Below, piece by piece: positions 18,295 through 26,677 of a stretch of 64,000 bases of DNA. The notes beneath the pieces are model-generated. The model worked only from the letters and a program-made list of their open reading frames with translations. It had not been told where the DNA came from and searched no databases. The stretch spans positions 5,241-69,240 of the forward strand of contig DATKVG010000217.1 in NCBI GenBank assembly GCA_035530195.1, in the 5' to 3' direction. Position 1 is the stretch's first letter, and every line of letters starts with the position of its first letter. The stretch comes from Candidatus Bathyarchaeia archaeon. Lineage in GTDB: Bacteria; Hydrogenedentota; Hydrogenedentia; Hydrogenedentales; SLHB01. The position numbers and the translations under genes are program-made.

Positions 18295-18897
18295 ATGTCC
18301 AGTTCTCATTATGCGCCTCTACCGTGCAGCGCGAGCCGGTGCGGGAAATTCGCACTCTCCGGCGCCGCCTATTGCTGGGCTCACATCGAGAACAAGGGCC
18401 AATTCCTCGACTCGCTGAACCTGAGCGCCATGGTGGATGCCTGGCTCGCCGAGATCGACCTGTCCGGCCGCGACCTGTCCAACGCCAACTTCGTGCGCGC
18501 ACGGCTTTCCGGCGCAAACTTTGCCGGCGCCAACCTCTCCGGGGCCGATCTGCGCCGCGCGTTCCTCGACGGGGCCAATCTCCGGGAAACCAACCTGCGC
18601 AGGGCCAACCTGGAACTCGCCGTGCTCGGCGGGGCTGACGCGTCTGGCGCGGATTTTACCGGCGCGGATCTGCGGCGTTCCAACCTCGTCGGCACAAAAG
18701 CCCACGGCGCCGACTTCTCGCAAGCCGACCTTTATTATGCGCGGCCGGGCAACGCCGACTTGCGGGCCTCCTCGTTTCGAGGCGCCACCATCGAGAGGAC
18801 CATCTTCCGCCGCGCCAACCTGGCCGACACCGATTTTACCGCCGCCCACGGAACCCCCAACTTCGAGAACGCAACCATGCAGGGAATGAAACGATGA
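18295..18897 (+). CDS. pentapeptide-repeat protein with a Cys/His-rich N-terminus
   Basis: The start is taken at MSSSHY. CSASRCGKF..YCWAH is followed by about 30 A(D/N)LxG-type pentapeptide units (ANFAGANLSGADLRRAFLDGANLRETNLRRANL...). Confidence 0.8.
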   Translation: MSSSHYAPLPCSASRCGKFALSGAAYCWAHIENKGQFLDSLNLSAMVDAWLAEIDLSGRDLSNANFVRARLSGANFAGANLSGADLRRAFLDGANLRETNLRRANLELAVLGGADASGADFTGADLRRSNLVGTKAHGADFSQADLYYARPGNADLRASSFRGATIERTIFRRANLADTDFTAAHGTPNFENATMQGMKR

Positions 18898-19454
18898 TCT
18901 TTCAGTCGTTCCTGCTCGACATCAACGAGTCCAACTGCTACCTGGTAGCCTCCGAAATGACCCGCGACGCCATCCTCGTCGACGCCGGCGATTTCGACAG
19001 CCGAATCCACGATTACATCGAAGAAAACAACCTCAACCTCGAAGGCGTGTTCATTACGCACGACCACTACGATCACACCAGCGGCCTCACCGGTCTCATG
19101 CGCCAATACCAAGTCAAAGTCTGGTCGGCATCCGGGAACGCAGGAAAAACCGCCGGCCGCCGAGTGGCCCACGGCCACGAAATCGCCGTCGGCGAGCTTA
19201 AAGGAACCGTCCTGGCCACCCCCGGCCACACGTTTGACAGCATCAGCCTCGCGTTTCCCGGCGTCGTATTCACGGGCGACGCGCTCTTCTCGGGCTCCGT
19301 CGGCGGCACCAGCTCATCCGACGCCGCACGCCACCAGATAAAAGCCATCCGCCAGCACATCTTCACCCTTCCCGCCGATTGCGAAATCTACCCCGGCCAC
19401 GGCCCCGCATCCACCGTCGCCATCGAAAAACAATTCAACCCCTTCTTCGCCTGA
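18894..19454 (+). CDS. MBL-fold metallo-hydrolase (glyoxalase II-like)
   Basis: THDHYDHTSG (HxHxDH), later TPGHT and GD..F. ATGA overlap with the upstream pentapeptide gene. Confidence 0.75.
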   Translation: MIFQSFLLDINESNCYLVASEMTRDAILVDAGDFDSRIHDYIEENNLNLEGVFITHDHYDHTSGLTGLMRQYQVKVWSASGNAGKTAGRRVAHGHEIAVGELKGTVLATPGHTFDSISLAFPGVVFTGDALFSGSVGGTSSSDAARHQIKAIRQHIFTLPADCEIYPGHGPASTVAIEKQFNPFFA

Positions 19455-19494
19455 GACCCATTAGATCATTTTCGTCTTGAAATGCAGCTTTAAC

Positions 19495-19519
19495 GTAGAC
19501 GCGGCATCCTTGCCGCGTT
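19495..19519. repeat. dispersed palindromic element, family C (gtagacgcggcatccTgccgcgtt)
   Basis: A near-identical copy lies at 60372-60395, and a related gtagacgcgcgtctc at 8832-8846. The internal hairpin is acgcggca/tgccgcgt. Confidence 0.8.
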
Positions 19520-19688
19520 CTTGCGTCTCGGCTTTCAAGAACAAGAGGCTGGAAGCCTCTTCTACACCCTCTGGTTTTCATTACGCGGCTTGAGCGCACG
19601 GGGCATCTCAACCTTAAAATGATCTGGCCACAAAGAAGCAAAGCAAATCTTTTTCCTTGTGATCTTTGTGCTCTTTGTGGCTGGAAAG

Positions 19689-20663
19689 TCAGCTCAGTAA
19701 GCCTTGGATGATGATATCCACCGCTTCGTCTTCAGTGAGCCCGCGCGACTGCAGCGTTTGCAGTTGTTTTGAATCGACGCTGCCGATCGCGGCCTCGTGG
19801 GTGACGTGCGCCAGCGGGTGGTTCACCTCGACGACCGGCACCGCTTTCGCCACGGCGTTGCCCTGGACTATTTCCTTGCAGTCGACGTGCCCGCGGGCGT
19901 ATGCGGCCGACGCCCGCAGCGTGTTAAACACTTCGGCCTGGGCGTCGTCACGCAACGCGATGTACGATTTCAGCACGGCCCGCGCATACTCCCCCTCGAG
20001 CAGGGCTGTCTCATGGATTTTTATCACGTCATTCTTGCTGCCGCTGATCCGCGCCACCATCTCCACCACGCCGTGCGCCAGGCACGTGGTCTCATAATCA
20101 ATATCGATCCGGCCAACGCGCCCTTTGATCAGCTCGAACTCCGTCCGAAACCGCCCTTCTTCCTCGACCCTCACCTTCGCCTTTGGCAGCACCAGCACCC
20201 CGCCATGCGGGCCGTGCACGTGCCGCTCAAAATACGAGTAGCTTGCTCCTGCGCCCACGGTGATCTCCGCGTCCATCCGGTGGACCACGTCCACCGCGTT
20301 CGGGAACGAGCAGTGCGCAATCACCGACGCCTGGCTTCCCGCTTGCGCCCGAATGTCGAGCACGATGTTTTGCACCCCGGTCTCCGGCAGCATCCCAAAA
20401 CAGATATGGACCGGATTCGCTATTTTCGCGCCTTCCCGGAAAGTGATTCGAGCGCGGATACCTTCGGCCTGTTCTTCGACCTCGACCTCGAGCCCGGGCA
20501 CCAGGTGGGACCCCAACACCTGGTTGTGATGCACCTCGATCCGGGCCACGTCGTCGCCCGTCGGATGACCCCCAATCGACGCCAGCAGTTTCTCCAGCAG
20601 TTCGGCTTTGCTCACATCAACTCCTCCGCCACCGGGACATTCATGTGATCGCAGGGCAGGCAC
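19689..20663 (-). CDS. SufB/SufD-family Fe-S cluster scaffold protein (short form)
   Basis: The C-terminus AKAVPVVEVNHPLAHVTHEAAIGSVDSKQLQTLQSRGLTEDEAVDIIIQGLL is the UPF0051 SufB/D signature. The true start may be the GTG overlapping the sufC stop near 20630. Confidence 0.75.
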   Translation of the reverse strand: MPALRSHECPGGGGVDVSKAELLEKLLASIGGHPTGDDVARIEVHHNQVLGSHLVPGLEVEVEEQAEGIRARITFREGAKIANPVHICFGMLPETGVQNIVLDIRAQAGSQASVIAHCSFPNAVDVVHRMDAEITVGAGASYSYFERHVHGPHGGVLVLPKAKVRVEEEGRFRTEFELIKGRVGRIDIDYETTCLAHGVVEMVARISGSKNDVIKIHETALLEGEYARAVLKSYIALRDDAQAEVFNTLRASAAYARGHVDCKEIVQGNAVAKAVPVVEVNHPLAHVTHEAAIGSVDSKQLQTLQSRGLTEDEAVDIIIQGLLS

Positions 20664-21346
20664 TTGTTTTCAAAATATCCGGCGATTCTGCCCACCTCGC
20701 CTTTATCGATTACCTTGCCGCAACACATCAAAAATGCATGCTCGGACTGGCGCAGCACCGCCAGGCTGTGCGTGATCTGGATCACCGTGGCCCCGTTGGC
20801 TTTCAGCGTCTGGTTGGCCTCGAAGATCTTCTCGAGCGCCTCGACGTCGATGCCCGAGTCCGGCTCGTCCATCAACACCAGCTTCGGTTCCATCGCCAGG
20901 ATCGACGCCAGCTCGATGCGTTTGCGCTCGCCGCCGCTCAGCGTCTTGTCGACGGCGCGAGCGAGGTATTTGGCGGGATCCAGCCCAACCTGGTCCAAGG
21001 CCGCCTTAATCCGCGTATTGCCCTTGTCTTTTGCGCCGGCCCGAATAAACTGGCGCACCGTCAGCCCCTCGAAGCGCGCCGGTTCCTGCCAGGCCATCGT
21101 GATTCCAAGCCGCGCACGCTCGTCCACCGACAGGCCTGTTATGGACGCCCCCTCGAACAGGATGTCGCCTTCGATACGCCGGAAGCCCGCGAGCCCGATG
21201 ATGGTGCTGGCAAGCGTCGATTTGCCGGCACCGTTCGGGCCGATCAGCGCATGGATCCGGTTTGGCCAGATATCGAGCGTGATCCCGTTGAGGATTCGGC
21301 GTCCCCCGAGTTCCAAACTCAGATTCCGTAGCTCCAGGATGTTCAT
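20612..21346 (-). CDS. sufC: Fe-S cluster assembly ATPase SufC
   Basis: Walker A GPNGAGKST, signature LSGGERKR, Walker B LVLMDEPDSGID, H-loop ITHS. Confidence 0.85.
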   Translation of the reverse strand: MNILELRNLSLELGGRRILNGITLDIWPNRIHALIGPNGAGKSTLASTIIGLAGFRRIEGDILFEGASITGLSVDERARLGITMAWQEPARFEGLTVRQFIRAGAKDKGNTRIKAALDQVGLDPAKYLARAVDKTLSGGERKRIELASILAMEPKLVLMDEPDSGIDVEALEKIFEANQTLKANGATVIQITHSLAVLRQSEHAFLMCCGKVIDKGEVGRIAGYFENKCLPCDHMNVPVAEELM

Positions 21347-21357
21347 TTCTGTTAATC

Positions 21358-22365
21358 CTAATCCGCCCGCTTCACTTCTACCGCATTGCCTGTCCGCGCC
21401 GACTGATATAATGCGTCTATCACGGCCATGTTTCTAATCGCATCTTCAGCCGGCCACCGCAGCGGCTCGCCCTTTCGCAGTGCGCGCGCAAAATCTTCCA
21501 CCTCGAGCCGGTACGTGTTCACGCCCGGCGTAACGATTCTTTCTTCTTTGCCGCCGCGGCACAGCACCACTTCCGCGTCGGCTTCCCCGGGGATCCATGC
21601 ATTTTCCAGCACGATCGCGCCGTCAGTCCCGGCAATTTCAACCCGGCACCGTTCGCTGGCCTCGATGCTGCACTCGAAATGGGCCAGCGGCCCGTTCTCG
21701 AACTCGAGCGCGCCCACCATCGAATCGTCCACCGTTGTCCGCCGCTCGAATGCGAAGACTCGGGAAGGTTCGGCCTTCGCAATCATCCTCGAGAGATTCA
21801 CGCAGTAGCAGCCCACGTCCATCAGCGAACCGCCCGCCAACTCGCGCGATGCCGGGATTTCGCTGCGGTCCTCCAAAAAAAACGTAAATGCGCTGTTGAT
21901 CGTGACCACCCGGCCTATCGCGCCCGACTCGATCAGCCCAAACACCCGCTCGTACATCGGGTGGAACCGGTACATGAAGGCTTCCGCCAGCAGCATGCCC
22001 GTGCGCCGCGATGCAGACACCATCTCGCCCGCCTCCGCCGCGGAAACCGCAACCGGTTTTTCGCACAGCACCGGCTTGCCCGCATCGAGCGCGCGGATCG
22101 TCCACTCCGCGTGCAGGCTGTTGGGCAGCGGGACATAAACCGCCTCAACCTCCGGCGATTGCAGCAACTCGTCGTATGAGCCAAATGCCTGCGCGATACC
22201 GTGTTCCTTGGCAAACTGGACGGCCCGCGCCCGATTTCGGCTTGCCACGGCGCTGACAACGCTGCCACGGCTCTGCCCAATCCCGCGGACAATCTGCCGC
22301 GCAATCCGCGCCGTACCCAGTATGCCCCACCGAACTGGCTGTTCCATCCCGATTCCCTTCCGCAA
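21358..22365 (-). CDS. Gfo/Idh/MocA family oxidoreductase
   Basis: N-terminal Rossmann VRWGILGTARIA and EKP motif LCEKPVA. The start may be the internal MEQPVRW (22347). Confidence 0.8.
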   Translation of the reverse strand: MRKGIGMEQPVRWGILGTARIARQIVRGIGQSRGSVVSAVASRNRARAVQFAKEHGIAQAFGSYDELLQSPEVEAVYVPLPNSLHAEWTIRALDAGKPVLCEKPVAVSAAEAGEMVSASRRTGMLLAEAFMYRFHPMYERVFGLIESGAIGRVVTINSAFTFFLEDRSEIPASRELAGGSLMDVGCYCVNLSRMIAKAEPSRVFAFERRTTVDDSMVGALEFENGPLAHFECSIEASERCRVEIAGTDGAIVLENAWIPGEADAEVVLCRGGKEERIVTPGVNTYRLEVEDFARALRKGEPLRWPAEDAIRNMAVIDALYQSARTGNAVEVKRAD

Positions 22366-22386
22366 CGGCGGGTGCGACCCGGCCGC

Positions 22387-23115
22387 CTATTCGGCGATGC
22401 GCGCCGTCTTGACGTAATCCAGCCGAGGGAACGTCCGCTCGAGGTACGAGTTGCCTTCCGCCGTGATCCGCCCTTGATTCGGCATCTCCCTGTACTCCGA
22501 GTTGATCTTCTTCACGACGTCGAAACCCTCCACCACCTTGCCGAACGGCGAAAAGCCCAGAGGGTCAAGCCGGGCGTTGTTCTCGAGGTTGATGAAAAGC
22601 TGCGCAGTTCGCGTGTTTGGCCCGCCGGTTGCATACGTGATCGTCCCGGGAGCGTTGGTCTCCTTGACCGGATCGTCTTTAATCCGCTTCTTTTCCCACT
22701 CGGCCGCCACCTTCGGATCGCCGTTAAGCCCGAATTGCACCACAAAACCCGGCAGCACACGGAAAAACCGGTTGCCGTCGTAATAGTTCGCTTTCACCAG
22801 TTCTTCAAACCGTTGCGCACCAATCGGCGCCCAATCCCGGTGGACTTCAACGACAAAATCCCCGCCGCTGGTCTCGAACTTCACTTTGAACACGTTCGCG
22901 TCCGGTTTGGTATCGGATGGAGCGGGTTCTTTCACGGACTTCTCCTTTTCCCCGCCAGATGCGGCGGCCTCCGCGTTGCTGTCCAGTTGTTTTTGCACTT
23001 CCTTCGCCTTCTCGAGCCGGTCAGCGGTCAGCCGATCCGGCTGAAAATGGTTCAGCACCAGCAGCCCCGCCACCACTACCACCACACCCACGGCAACTTG
23101 TATCAATTTCTTCAT
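22387..23115 (-). CDS. exported cyclophilin-type peptidyl-prolyl cis-trans isomerase
   Basis: Start at MKKLIQVAVGVVVVVAGLLVL (GGAGA 9 nt upstream). FFRVLPGFVVQFG and GTITYATGGPNTRTAQLFINL form the cyclophilin core. Confidence 0.85.
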   Translation of the reverse strand: MKKLIQVAVGVVVVVAGLLVLNHFQPDRLTADRLEKAKEVQKQLDSNAEAAASGGEKEKSVKEPAPSDTKPDANVFKVKFETSGGDFVVEVHRDWAPIGAQRFEELVKANYYDGNRFFRVLPGFVVQFGLNGDPKVAAEWEKKRIKDDPVKETNAPGTITYATGGPNTRTAQLFINLENNARLDPLGFSPFGKVVEGFDVVKKINSEYREMPNQGRITAEGNSYLERTFPRLDYVKTARIAE

Positions 23116-23297
23116 TGCGCACTCTCCACATTCACGGAAACCCGTCTTGATAAAGCTCAATCATACCTGCCGCAGCCTCCCGCTTGCAACGCGAGCCCCT
23201 CGTTGCACTCAGCTTCACCGGGGTGGGTGACCCGCCTGTTGGCTACTGCACTTTCACTATCAAGACGCGCATAGGGCCTCTTCATGGTTCACCAACA

Positions 23298-23371
23298 AAT
23301 CCTGTCAATCCTGTTATCCCGTCCAACTTAGAAGCCAAAAAGTCAGACAGGATAACAGGATTTACAGGATT
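23298..23371. other. long imperfect hairpin (26 bp stem, 2 mismatches, 22 nt loop)
   Basis: aatcctgtcaatcctgttatcccgtc (23298-23323) pairs with gacaggataacaggatttacaggatt (23346-23371). Confidence 0.85.
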
Positions 23372-23469
23372 GACTTCCGAAAACGCCGGGCGTCCCCGCC
23401 ATACGAACGGAACTGCGCTGTAGGCACAGAACTACGCGCCAGACGCAGAACTGCCCTCTCCGCGCAGGC

Positions 23470-23772
23470 CCGCGCTGTAGGCGCGGAACGCAATAGGCCG
23501 GGGCAACGCCCCATAAGCGCTAACATAAGGCGAGTCCGCTCTCGCGCACTACGTTTTAGCCCGCTTGAGCGGGCTCCTCTTTGCACCCGTCTTTAGACGG
23601 GGTGACCATAGCTTAACTCTTCTCGACAGCGCGCTTTAGCGCGACTTCAAAACGGCTTCAGCAACAACTCTCAGTATCAGGCAAGAGCACTGTTAAGGCG
23701 CTTAAGTTAGCGCATATGGAGCAACGCACCGGTGATACGACCCAACAATAAAGCCACCACGCTGAAAGCGTG
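23470..23772. other. array of eight short GC-rich hairpins with different stems; the first five are spaced 28-30 nt apart
   Basis: Hairpins start at 23470, 23500, 23530, 23558, 23586, 23630, 23698 and 23758. Several have a C-TTNA-G centre (gcTTGAgc, tcTTTAga, gcTTTAgc). See findings. Confidence 0.7.
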
Positions 23773-23910
23773 ACAGGATCCTCACCTTTTCAGTTTGCAT
23801 TGCCCCGACGCCGGTACTACACTAGCCGACCGAGGGGAGTACTAACAGCGCCGACGTTGTACGCGCCACCGCGCGCCAACAACCCGCCCGCGCCGTAAAC
23901 GCGCACGGCG

Positions 23911-26643
23911 ATGCAAACGGCCGCAACCAAAACGGAGCTGGATCTCGTGCCCGACTATTCATCCAAGGAGATCGCGGACCGAGTCGCCCAAGCCGCACGC
24001 GGCGGCTGGGAAAACTTAGATCTGATGCAGTGTCAGGTCCAAGTCGCGGACCTCCGCAAGCTCCTGGACGAACCCGGCATCGAACAGCTTCAGTCGCTGG
24101 ACCTCGACAGCAACCGGCTCTCGACGCTTCCCACGGAGATCGGCCGGCTCACCGCTCTGACATGGTTCGATCTCCGCAACAACCAACTCTCGACGCTTCC
24201 GCCGGAGATCGGACGGCTCACCGCTCTGACGAGGCTGTGGCTCTCCAACAACCGGCTCTCGACGCTTCCCACGGAGATCGGCCGGCTCACCGCCCTGACA
24301 TCGCTGTGGCTCAACGACAACCAACTCTCGACGCTTCCGGCGGAGATCGGCCGGCTCACGGCCCTGACAGAACTGTACCTCCACAACAACCAACTCTCGA
24401 CGCTTCCCGCGGAGATCGCCCGGCTCACCGCCCTGACAACGCTGTGGCTCAACGGCAACCAACTGTCGACGCTTCCGGCGGAGATCGGCCGGCTCACCGC
24501 CCTGACGGCGCTGTGGCTCTACAACAACCAACTCTCGACGCTTCCGGCGGAGATCGGCCGGCTCACCGCCCTTGAGCGGCTCTTCCTGCACGGCAACGAC
24601 GCCCTCGCGATACCGCCGGAAATTCTCGGCCCCACGTGGAACGAGGTCGGACCTGGCAAGAAGCCGGCAGCGCCGTCGGCGATTCTCGATTATTACTTCC
24701 GGACGCGGGCCGCGGCGGGCACGCGCGCCTTGAACGAGGTAAAGGTGATCCTGGTAGGCCAGGGGGCCGTGGGTAAGACGTCGCTCGTGAAGCAGATCGT
24801 TCATAACACGTTCAATAAGCGGGAACGAAAAACCAAGGGCATATACATCGAGAAGGCGTGGAGCGTCCCGGGGAAGAAGAAGGGGGAGAAGGTGCAGGTG
24901 AATTTCTGGGATTTCGGCGGCCAGGAGATCATGCATGCCACCCACCAGTTTTTCCTTACAAAACGTACGGTTTATCTGCTGGTGGTCGATGCCCGGAAAG
25001 GCGAAAACGAGAGCAACATCCACTATTGGCTGAAGATCATCCGGAGTTTCGGCGGCGAGTCGCCGGTGCTGGTGATCACCAACAAGTGCGACGCCCATCA
25101 TCTCGAACTGAACGAAACCCGGCTCAAGAAGGACTATCCGAACATCCGCGGATTCTACCGGACTTCCTGCGAGACCGGCGACGGCATAAAAGAACTCAAA
25201 GCGGCTATCGAGAAACAGATCCAGGGTCCGGCGATGCGTTACGTGTTCGACTTGCTCCCGAAGGATTACTTCACGGTGAAGGAAAAACTCGAGACGCTGG
25301 CCGAGCAGCGCAACTATATCGACATCCGCGACTATTACGCGCTGTGTACTCAAAACGGCGTGACCGACAACGAGGAACAGGACCGGTTGCTTCGGTTTCT
25401 GCACGACCTGGGCAGCGTGCTCAGTTTCACGGACCCGGACAGCCCGCTGGCCGTGCGCGAGACCAGCGTGCTCAACCCGCACTGGGTGACCCAGGGTGTG
25501 TACAAGATCCTCAACGACGAGCAACTCGCACGTGCCGGCGGCGTCCTCGAGGCGGACGACCTGCCCCGCATTCTCAAAGGTAAAACACATCCGGTCGAGT
25601 GCCACCCGTTCATTGTGGGCATGATGCACAAGTTTGAACTGTGTTTTACCATCAAAGAGGACCGGAAATGGCTTGTGACCGAACTGCTGCCCAAGAAGGA
25701 ACCGCCAAAACTCGCGGAGTGGGAAGATGCGTTGCGGTTCCAGTACCATTACGACGTTCTGCCGGGCGGCATCATCTGCCGCTTCATGGTCCGTCGCTAT
25801 GAAGACCTCACCAGGCCGCCGACGTACTGGCGCAGCGGCGTTGTGCTCGAGATGGACCGGTGTAAGGCCCTCGTCCGCAGCGATACCGACAAAGGCCGGA
25901 TGTACATCGCCGTAACGGGGCCCGAAGGCGGCCGCCGCCCGTTGTTGTCGGTCATCCGCGACGAGTTCGCCCGCATCCACCGCACGATCCCCGGCCTGCT
26001 GCCCAAACAAATGGTGCCACTGTGGGACAACCCGGACATCGTGGTGTCGCATGAGCATTTGTTGACCCTAGAGCAAGAGCGCGTGGAAGACTTCATCCCG
26101 GATGGCGCCGGTAAGCGTTATACGGTGAAAGAGATGTTGGACGGAATTGAGTTTGCCTGGCTGCGCGAGTTTGGGGAATCGCATCTGTATCCGCCCCTGT
26201 TTGTTGTCGCGCCGCAGAAGTCTTTCCCCGATGCCTGGGAAGTGTTTTGTTGCGAGGTGCTCAACCGCTACTACAAGACAGACAAAATTCGTCAGCGGAA
26301 ACCTCCGGAAAACGGTGTGGATTTGTACTGCCCAAAGACAAAGACGGCGTTCCAATGCAAGTCGGTCGAGAAAGCGGCGGGCAAGTTCAATATCACCAAT
26401 GCGGAGGAATCGCTGCGGCGTGCGCTCGAGATACGCAAAACGCTGCCTTGGAAGAAGTACGCGTTGTGCAGCAACATAGCGTTAACCGAGCCCCAAGAGA
26501 AGAAGTTGCGAGCCACGTTTCCGGACATCGAGTTTCTTACACCCAGCTTCTGGGTGGCCCGATGCCGGGAGCAGTCGAGATACCTAGGCGACCGTTTCCG
26601 CCGCCTGGAACCGATGCAACGCCGCGGGCCTGCAAAAGCATAG
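23911..26643 (+). CDS. ROCO-type protein: LRR x8, Roc GTPase, COR-like region, C-terminal PD-(D/E)xK (Mrr-like) nuclease-like module
   Basis: aa 60-243 are LRRs (LxxLxLxxNQLSTLPxEIGRLTA). G1 GQGAVGK289TS, G3 WD334FGGQE, G4 TNKCD394, G5-like TSCETG. VLNPHWVTQGVYKIL is COR-like. The C-terminus has WEVFCCEVL...ENGVD804LY...FQ815CK817. Confidence 0.8.
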   Translation: MQTAATKTELDLVPDYSSKEIADRVAQAARGGWENLDLMQCQVQVADLRKLLDEPGIEQLQSLDLDSNRLSTLPTEIGRLTALTWFDLRNNQLSTLPPEIGRLTALTRLWLSNNRLSTLPTEIGRLTALTSLWLNDNQLSTLPAEIGRLTALTELYLHNNQLSTLPAEIARLTALTTLWLNGNQLSTLPAEIGRLTALTALWLYNNQLSTLPAEIGRLTALERLFLHGNDALAIPPEILGPTWNEVGPGKKPAAPSAILDYYFRTRAAAGTRALNEVKVILVGQGAVGKTSLVKQIVHNTFNKRERKTKGIYIEKAWSVPGKKKGEKVQVNFWDFGGQEIMHATHQFFLTKRTVYLLVVDARKGENESNIHYWLKIIRSFGGESPVLVITNKCDAHHLELNETRLKKDYPNIRGFYRTSCETGDGIKELKAAIEKQIQGPAMRYVFDLLPKDYFTVKEKLETLAEQRNYIDIRDYYALCTQNGVTDNEEQDRLLRFLHDLGSVLSFTDPDSPLAVRETSVLNPHWVTQGVYKILNDEQLARAGGVLEADDLPRILKGKTHPVECHPFIVGMMHKFELCFTIKEDRKWLVTELLPKKEPPKLAEWEDALRFQYHYDVLPGGIICRFMVRRYEDLTRPPTYWRSGVVLEMDRCKALVRSDTDKGRMYIAVTGPEGGRRPLLSVIRDEFARIHRTIPGLLPKQMVPLWDNPDIVVSHEHLLTLEQERVEDFIPDGAGKRYTVKEMLDGIEFAWLREFGESHLYPPLFVVAPQKSFPDAWEVFCCEVLNRYYKTDKIRQRKPPENGVDLYCPKTKTAFQCKSVEKAAGKFNITNAEESLRRALEIRKTLPWKKYALCSNIALTEPQEKKLRATFPDIEFLTPSFWVARCREQSRYLGDRFRRLEPMQRRGPAKA
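24088..24570 (+). repeat. 7 x 69 bp near-identical tandem DNA repeats encoding the LRRs
   Basis: Blocks such as caaccaactctcgacgcttccggcggagatcggccggctcaccgccctgac recur almost verbatim at a 69 nt period. Confidence 0.9.
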
Positions 26644-26677
26644 GCCGATACCTGTTCCAAACCACATCCCAGGCGCC

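Noticed and set aside
24016-26058. 680 aa ORF antisense to the ROCO gene, plus the 24030-24575 and 24090-24497 ORFs
   Set aside because: The repeated peptides are simply the reverse or alternative-frame reading of the 69 bp LRR repeats. There are no motifs, and the plus-strand frame carries complete GTPase boxes.
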